The position numbers were made by a program, and so were the translations under genes. 64,000 nucleotides of DNA from Myxococcota bacterium (GTDB lineage Bacteria; Myxococcota_A; SURF-8; G963663525): contig CAXXVK010000059.1 of the NCBI GenBank assembly GCA_963676915.2, forward strand, positions 1-64,000, written 5' to 3'. The notes below the pieces were generated by a model, which saw nothing but the letters and a program-made list of their open reading frames with translations, did not search any database and was not told the DNA's origin. How positions within the stretch are numbered: the first letter of the stretch is position 1; every line of letters begins with the position of its first letter. This document shows, in pieces, positions 59,001 to 64,000 of the stretch.

Positions 59001-59410
59001 TATTTCGAGTTTCCGATTTCTGCAATACAGCCGGTTCGATGCTCTATGCTTACAGGTCGTCCACTATGATTGTACAAGGCATACCTGAATCGAAATTCCG
59101 GTTCAGTGATTATTTCTTTTGAGGGCGGTAGCGTGAGAACAACCGGAGGAGTAGAAGGCAACCCCAGTGCAGTAAGTTTTCCAGGGGTGAGTGAAGCGAT
59201 ACGCCCGTGTGGAATTAAGAGATAATGATTATCCAGCATCTTGGCTTCTTCAGATTCAAGAAATGATTGCAGAATTCCTAATCTTGCAGGCTTGCCATCC
59301 TGTGTGTTGCATGAATCAAGACCCCATGAATCATAGGAAATATTCCCCGAAGTTCCAAAAACATTAAAACGAATGCCATTTGGCAGCACTGACCATTCAA
59401 GTATGTTCAT
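56084..59410 (-). CDS. zorD: Zorya ZorD: SNF2 helicase with C-terminal Mrr-like nuclease
   Basis: LADDMGLGKT, DEAQKVKN, TGTPVEN, KAGGVGLTLTAANHV, QCTDRAYRIGQ, then FENWV..DAGADG..LQCKH. Confidence 0.9.
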   Translation of the reverse strand: MNILEWSVLPNGIRFNVFGTSGNISYDSWGLDSCNTQDGKPARLGILQSFLESEEAKMLDNHYLLIPHGRIASLTPGKLTALGLPSTPPVVLTLPPSKEIITEPEFRFRYALYNHSGRPVSIEHRTGCIAEIGNSKYTLLDPLFSIISIIDDFNTEAAQPLDVKWRLLALIKSLIPDFDYEADVDPYLREMNIAFPNAFTLAPFINDSGEPDFNPVPINREESDIESPFEGDIISEALPPVYCRNFGEYFRKRRKVMKHYPAQDNWYVVLTEPIRRGLEVVHEYQQRPVEVRKAFIRNPRSFLKNEIGDQIVDEILESLFSEEGYSDRVKAIGLWQPKVIPWIKAVKEPWLPPEQLGIRLGDQFVTIPPEDLPEIRDKVRTAIEENVDTIKYGEYELPATQNVLDSLQTLTEKAQPKPTEKGEDRGQKESSVPKEKTVLLIRDQIEDLEYIACTSNQRSFSKSIPEKLRSTLKDHQVAGLNWLQEHLIKGTSGALLADDMGLGKTFTSLAFLLWLRQLMERGQIPSNPILIVAPTGLLKNWSDEHGLHLQSPGLGKPLLAYGKELRCLKIQGAEKGNELTHGIALLDIRAIERNDWVLTTYETLRDYQHSFGKIKWAAAIFDEAQKVKNPSTAMTEAAKAMQIEFCIAMTGTPVENRMADLWCILDMVQPGVLGSLKDFVKEYEATAEHIESANKLNRILLTESSPQLMLRRMKNEELSSLPKIQFHNLEETMPPTQASAYSQAIEMARSSEGRQKGLMLETLHRLRSISLHPFISPEASDEMYIRQSARLHQLFNTLDSVKDKGEKALIFVESCDMQSNLSTIIQKRYSLCSPPLLINGTVSGEKRKLRVDQFQEKQGFDCMILSPKAGGVGLTLTAANHVIHLSRWWNPAVEDQCTDRAYRIGQSKDVNVYYPLAIHPDYRENSFDLKLNALLDRKRQLSQTVLAPTAFSSGDATELFEDTVHGYATGKTGSRESILTTIDLMEPVAFENWVLGQLKSEGYTVQTTPTSHDAGADGIALAPKTSSLPNLILQCKHTQSPSRLIGKGAVEEVLRAANRYGLPDPIKLAVVTNAAGFSRGSRRLAKKKSVMIIDRGSVDSIFQEIREQ

Positions 59411-59431
59411 TTCGCTCCTCTACTGGCATTG

Positions 59432-60841
59432 TTACGGCATGTAATCTGACCAATCAATCATAATGCCGGTGTGATCACGTACATAGCTTGCGATTGAATA
59501 CTGCCATTTTCCCGATTCGGATTGACGATGCGCAAAGTAGCCATCGGCATTGTCATTTATCAGTCGATTCGTGGAGTATTCATCACGATAAAATTTTGGA
59601 GCCCAGCTGTTGTCTGACAAGAATATTCTACAGGCACCATTATGGCTCCACTCTGAAATAATCAGATTTCTGATTTTCAGAAGCAATACCGAATGGCTAG
59701 CAGTTCCTCCAATCAGCTTTCCATACTCCAGGTTTTGTTCTCCACGATACCGTTTTGCTTGAAGTTTTGCCGACCTACCAAGAACTACCCATGCATCTTC
59801 AATGAGCCCTTTCCTCAAATATGCCGACCAAAAAGCCCGACGATATTCCCAATGGAATTGATATGCGGTATCGTCAAGTAGGTTGAAGAAATCTTCCAAA
59901 GCAATTTCGACCAACCACCGTGTCATTACCCGTCGAAGATTATCCTGAACGTTTGGCCAATGATTCCCTTTAAAACGCGGATCCTTAAAATGCCTCAAAA
60001 GGCGATTTCTTATTAAGTCCTTTAACTCAGACGAAGGATCCGTGTTGATAAATGGCTTAAGAAGAGATTCAGCGTAGGAAGATTGAAGTTCAACAAATCT
60101 AAGTCTTCTATCTTCACCTTCAATCAATTCCAAGCAGTGCAGTAGCCATTCAGAATTTGCCGAGTCTTGACTCAGTTTTGCCTGTATCTCAGCCAATAGC
60201 TCTGTCAAGGTGTGTCTAATAAATTCGGAAGTTCTTAGCTTCGGAGTCAATCCGCTTTGATCCTCTTGAAAATCCGCCTGAGGATTTTGGGCTAGTATTC
60301 TCGCAAATTTGTGAGAACCTTCTGGCTCAAGGTAGCCAGTGTAGTTGCAATATTTTTGCAACTTTGCAAGGCGGGTTCCATTTTCTTTAGCAAGTATAGT
60401 TGCTAAAGCTTCGCGCCAAAACTTAAACAGAGGAGATTTAACTGGATAATTGTATACGAACGACCGAAAAAGAACGCCGATTGAAGATGGCTTGGCATGA
60501 GCTTGGAGCCATTTGATGTAAGAATTTGCGAATGCCTGATTATTGAAAAGCCACTTTTTAGGCTTATCGATGGGATAACAGATCACCCACGGGGCAAGCC
60601 GTAGCGTTCTTGGGGAAACATATTTAAAGCCAAACAGTGACCTCGTTGAGTCTTCCAATTCTTTACGGATCGCAGCAAAATCCAAATTTGGTGGAGGATT
60701 TTCTGATAGAACATCAAAACGCCTCTGAATCTGCATCACTTCTCGGATTGTAGCCCGAGGCTCGAAATTTGGAGGAAACGGATGCGGCCCGACAGCATCA
60801 GGGAGTATTGATTTCAGTCCATTTGGAAGCAGTCTGGTCAT
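59432..60841 (-). CDS. zorC: Zorya ZorC (EH-signature domain)
   Basis: DPR...W, RRAFW.AY, ISEWSHNGACR and H.....WQ. Lies between zorB and zorD. Confidence 0.88.
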   Translation of the reverse strand: MTRLLPNGLKSILPDAVGPHPFPPNFEPRATIREVMQIQRRFDVLSENPPPNLDFAAIRKELEDSTRSLFGFKYVSPRTLRLAPWVICYPIDKPKKWLFNNQAFANSYIKWLQAHAKPSSIGVLFRSFVYNYPVKSPLFKFWREALATILAKENGTRLAKLQKYCNYTGYLEPEGSHKFARILAQNPQADFQEDQSGLTPKLRTSEFIRHTLTELLAEIQAKLSQDSANSEWLLHCLELIEGEDRRLRFVELQSSYAESLLKPFINTDPSSELKDLIRNRLLRHFKDPRFKGNHWPNVQDNLRRVMTRWLVEIALEDFFNLLDDTAYQFHWEYRRAFWSAYLRKGLIEDAWVVLGRSAKLQAKRYRGEQNLEYGKLIGGTASHSVLLLKIRNLIISEWSHNGACRIFLSDNSWAPKFYRDEYSTNRLINDNADGYFAHRQSESGKWQYSIASYVRDHTGIMIDWSDYMP

Positions 60842-60846
60842 TGTTG

Positions 60847-61647
60847 TCAGTGGCTCATTTGTTCACGGGTTTTAGTCACAGGCTCGGGTTCAACGGAAGG
60901 CGGCTCCATGATAAAGCGCAGATCGATCCTCCGATTGCGCGCTCGTGATTCATTGTCAGTGTTCGGTACCACCGGACGCTGATCGGCATAGCCGCTTACA
61001 CCGAAGATGATTTCATGATTACTATTCGCGAGTGTGAGCAGATCATTACCATCGTATAATAGTCCATTACCGGCTTCCCGCAATTCCTTTGATGTTTCGA
61101 TCGAACGAGCAGTAGATAGTTCCCAGTTGTCATGGAATTTTTTGTGGCCAAGCGAGACTTTTATGTCGTCTGTGTGGCCCTCAATAAATACAGCATTTAC
61201 CTTGGCCTTGTATCGGTTCAGCTTCCTTTCCTGGCAATAGGGTGCATCAAGATGGGTACTGACGTAACATGGCATTACAAGAGCCAGCGCAGATGCTAAT
61301 TTGCGGATGTTTTCTCTGCCATTTCTATCCAACCTTGCACTTCCGGAACGGAAAAGAACTTCTTCCGGAAGACGGAGTACACCTTGTTCAAGGTCGATCA
61401 CGACTTCGACACCTGCATCTTTCAGGCTTTTTTCCAGTTCCGTCAATAATTCATTACGGGCTTCTTTATTGGCGCGAAGTGCTTTTACTTCCTCATTTTT
61501 TTCCTGTTCCGCTTCTTTAAGGCTGAGAGCGAAAACCATGAGTGCAATGATGAAAAGAAAGAGTAATCCCGCCATCAGATCGCTGACCGAAACTAGATAT
61601 CCCTGACCGTCTTCGGGACTTAGCGTCTGTGAACCATTTCCTTTCAT
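60847..61647 (-). CDS. zorB: Zorya ZorB (MotB/OmpA-like)
   Basis: SVSDLMAGLLFLFII TM with the conserved Asp, then IEGHTD, NWELSTARS, GYADQRP and NRRIDLRF. Confidence 0.92.
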   Translation of the reverse strand: MKGNGSQTLSPEDGQGYLVSVSDLMAGLLFLFIIALMVFALSLKEAEQEKNEEVKALRANKEARNELLTELEKSLKDAGVEVVIDLEQGVLRLPEEVLFRSGSARLDRNGRENIRKLASALALVMPCYVSTHLDAPYCQERKLNRYKAKVNAVFIEGHTDDIKVSLGHKKFHDNWELSTARSIETSKELREAGNGLLYDGNDLLTLANSNHEIIFGVSGYADQRPVVPNTDNESRARNRRIDLRFIMEPPSVEPEPVTKTREQMSH

Positions 61648-63422
61648 CTAGCAGCCTTCCCAAGCGTATCAGAGAGGTCGTCTAGTGTACTCTGGAGTTC
61701 CTCAATTACACCACGTAGATGCTGCATACCCTTAGCGGTCTCTGCATCTAGGCGTGTGCTAAACTCAATAACTCTCGACTTGTAGCTCTCGAATCGACTG
61801 TCAAGCTCTTCAAATACGTTTTGCAGGGATTTATCCACACCTTCAAAGCGCTGGCGGTATTCCTCCCAAATCTGTTTAAAGCGATCCTGGGTTGCTTGGA
61901 TAGACTGTACGGAATTATGGAGAGCTTCAGCGATAACTTTGTTCTGTTCCAGGTTTCGTTCGCTTGCTTCCGACAAAGCACTGAGTGAAGCTCCTGTTTG
62001 CTCGATGCTTTGCAATGTAGACTGGGTTGTCCTCAAAATGGATGCCAGTTGATCGTTAACTTCCTTGGTTTGTATAAGTTGATCACGGCTACCGGAAATG
62101 ATTGCATCGATGCGGTCAGCTGTATGGTCGAGCTCCTCCACCCGGGTCTTGAATCCCGACAAGGCATTGGTCATTGATGTCGCTGCGCTTTGTGACGCCT
62201 CGCGAAGTTCTCCTGCGATCCCTCCCGCCATTTTCTTTGTGATCTCGGTTAATTGCTGGATTCCCTGAGAAACCTGTTGTTGAAATGCGGCAGCGCCGGA
62301 ATTGAACGTTTGTTCCAGTCCGTTACGCATCGATTGAGTATTTGCAGAAATGCTCTGCACCAAGTGTTGCGTTGATTTTTCGGATTCTTCTTGGAAGGAT
62401 TGCAGGGTATTTGCGCTTTGACTAATTGTCTGATCGAGACGGGAGAGGGTTTCAGCCATTGATTGGAATTGACTGCCGGTCGCGCCTGATAGGCTTTCTT
62501 GAAACTTTTCTACAACGTTTTCCAGAAGCTTTTCAGTTGAATCTCCACGATCTGCGCGCAAACCTTCAATAGCTGCAATCATTTTGTCTATGCTGGGCAT
62601 CAAGCGGCCAGCCACCTTTTCATCCAATGCATCTGCAATGGAAACCGCCAGGTCAGTATTGAATTTCTTCAGGTGGTGTGTTTGGGCTTCCAGTTCCGCC
62701 TGGAGCTTACCGGCCATCTTCTCAACGGTGAGGAACTGAACGTGACGATCAACTTCTCTGTTCCACTTGTCGATTGTGATTTCAGCGTCACTTAGGAGGC
62801 GCTGTTTACCGAAAGAAAAGGCCATAGACGATGCAAGGCCGCAAATAGATGTCAGGAATGCCAGAGAAGCTCCTCCTAGAAGGTCGGAAAGACCGCTTTT
62901 CACTTGTTCGAGGTCTGCAGCCATCATCGCATCGGAAGCGAGAAAGATGCCAGCTGCCAAACCGATGAAGGTTCCCAGGATTCCTAGACCAGTAAGGATG
63001 TTTGGAAAGATATTAAAGAATGAAAGTCGTAAAGTAGTAGCCACAAGACTTTGGAAAGAGAAATACTCATCGGACTGGCGACTATTTCTTATAATCTTGT
63101 CGGAAATAGTTTGATCCGGAAACACCAGGTTTTCGGTGTATTCTTTCCAGGCGTGAGCAATTATTGGGTACTTTAATAAAATGGCTCTATTGAATTCTTC
63201 AAACCTGGAAGCAAATTCTGATTCATCGGTTATTGCGGAGAGTTCTTTTATTGCCCTGTTGATTTGTCGCTTCACTAGGGAAACTCGTGTATGAAAATAC
63301 AGACTAATGACAATCAGTCCCAGAACGATTGCCAAGCAATAGATAAGTACAAATTTCCCACCGATCACGGAACGGGCTAGACTTTCTAACAACACACTAT
63401 CAACAATTGACTCAATGCTCAT
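61644..63422 (-). CDS. zorA: Zorya ZorA (MotA-like TM region + long helical tail)
   Basis: PNILTGLGILGTFIGL and AFLTSICGL, then a >300-aa coiled tail. ATGA overlap with zorB. Confidence 0.92.
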   Translation of the reverse strand: MSIESIVDSVLLESLARSVIGGKFVLIYCLAIVLGLIVISLYFHTRVSLVKRQINRAIKELSAITDESEFASRFEEFNRAILLKYPIIAHAWKEYTENLVFPDQTISDKIIRNSRQSDEYFSFQSLVATTLRLSFFNIFPNILTGLGILGTFIGLAAGIFLASDAMMAADLEQVKSGLSDLLGGASLAFLTSICGLASSMAFSFGKQRLLSDAEITIDKWNREVDRHVQFLTVEKMAGKLQAELEAQTHHLKKFNTDLAVSIADALDEKVAGRLMPSIDKMIAAIEGLRADRGDSTEKLLENVVEKFQESLSGATGSQFQSMAETLSRLDQTISQSANTLQSFQEESEKSTQHLVQSISANTQSMRNGLEQTFNSGAAAFQQQVSQGIQQLTEITKKMAGGIAGELREASQSAATSMTNALSGFKTRVEELDHTADRIDAIISGSRDQLIQTKEVNDQLASILRTTQSTLQSIEQTGASLSALSEASERNLEQNKVIAEALHNSVQSIQATQDRFKQIWEEYRQRFEGVDKSLQNVFEELDSRFESYKSRVIEFSTRLDAETAKGMQHLRGVIEELQSTLDDLSDTLGKAAR

Positions 63423-63433
63423 GTGATACCTGC

Positions 63434-63541
63434 CTATTCATCTTCATCTCTCTCAACCGGCATCCGGGGTGGGGCCGTTTGCCACATCAGGTCGATTTCC
63501 TCGGGGGTGAGACTTTAAGCCTGGTTGACGAGGTCGGCCAA
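63434..63541 (-). pseudogene. Extreme C-terminal remnant of a type IIG (Eco57I-like) R-M enzyme
   Basis: Reads LADLVNQA*SLTPEEIDLMWQTAPPRMPVERDEDE*, ending 11 bp before zorA. Confidence 0.55.
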
Positions 63542-63783
63542 AGGCCCGCCATCGCCTTGGCGAGTGTCTTTTCATGAAACAAAGGTTTGACGTGACCTGT
63601 GGGCATCCGCTACCTGCTTGAAATTGCGAACAGAATGAATCATTTCATGAAAAATCTTCTTTGGTGATTTATCCGAATCGATAACCAATTTATACCATCG
63701 GTGTGGCATAAGGAGAAAAGAAAATTGGTTGGAACATTGGAATTCCATATGTTTGAAGGGAGTTGTCTACTTAGACAAGTGAA

Positions 63784-64000
63784 TTACTTCCTTGCGGATT
63801 TCGTGCCTGCCTGTTTCTTCGTCTTTCCCGGATACGTCTCGAACACCCGCGCCATCAAATCAAGCGCCATCTTGCCTTCTTTGGTACCACGATCACGCAT
63901 AAGCGCCCGAAATCGTTGGGTCAGGACATCCAAGTCGGACTCCTTTTTGTCGAGACTGATCTGAAAGAACTCGGAGAACGGCACGCCCAAAGCTTTGGCA
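63784..64000 (-). CDS. 3' end of a hypothetical (possibly HTH regulator) gene starting outside the window
   Basis: Frame is open to the window edge (...AKALGVPFSEFFQ...). Confidence 0.45.
   Translation of the reverse strand, partial: AKALGVPFSEFFQISLDKKESDLDVLTQRFRALMRDRGTKEGKMALDLMARVFETYPGKTKKQAGTKSARK

Overview
Bacterial chromosome window, probably from a deltaproteobacteria/Myxococcota-like organism (inferred from gene content only). It has three zones. (1) 1-24 kb is mostly core: a partial GH50-like glycosidase, guaA, two HD-GYP genes, two paralogous outer-membrane proteins, an Rrf2-headed octaheme tetrathionate-reductase/multiheme-cytochrome b/YeeE-YedE sulfur cluster, LemA+GIDE, a tandem radical SAM and a flippase. 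(2) 24.0-40.8 kb is a degenerate integrative element in tRNA-Thr(CGT), bounded by a 65-bp att repeat. It carries a truncated integrase, a P4/D5-type helicase, a serine resolvase, an IS5-family element and a cassette of two mosaic fibre-like adhesins flanked by 100-bp direct repeats. (3) 40.8-64 kb is an almost entirely minus-strand defence island with type I Zorya (zorABCD), an Mrr_N-fused McrBC, an orphan AbiEi and a type IIG R-M remnant. The best candidate for a new system lies inside this island. A TPR-CHAT protease / unknown / anti-sigma-like trio sits directly upstream of a translationally coupled five-gene operon: DUF4258-like, Gre-like factor, CMPK2-like kinase, MoaA-like radical SAM and a second P-loop kinase. 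This looks like a viperin-analogous nucleotide-modifying antiviral pathway. All family calls come from motif recognition by eye; no database search was run. Three frameshifts fall in homopolymers and may be sequencing errors.
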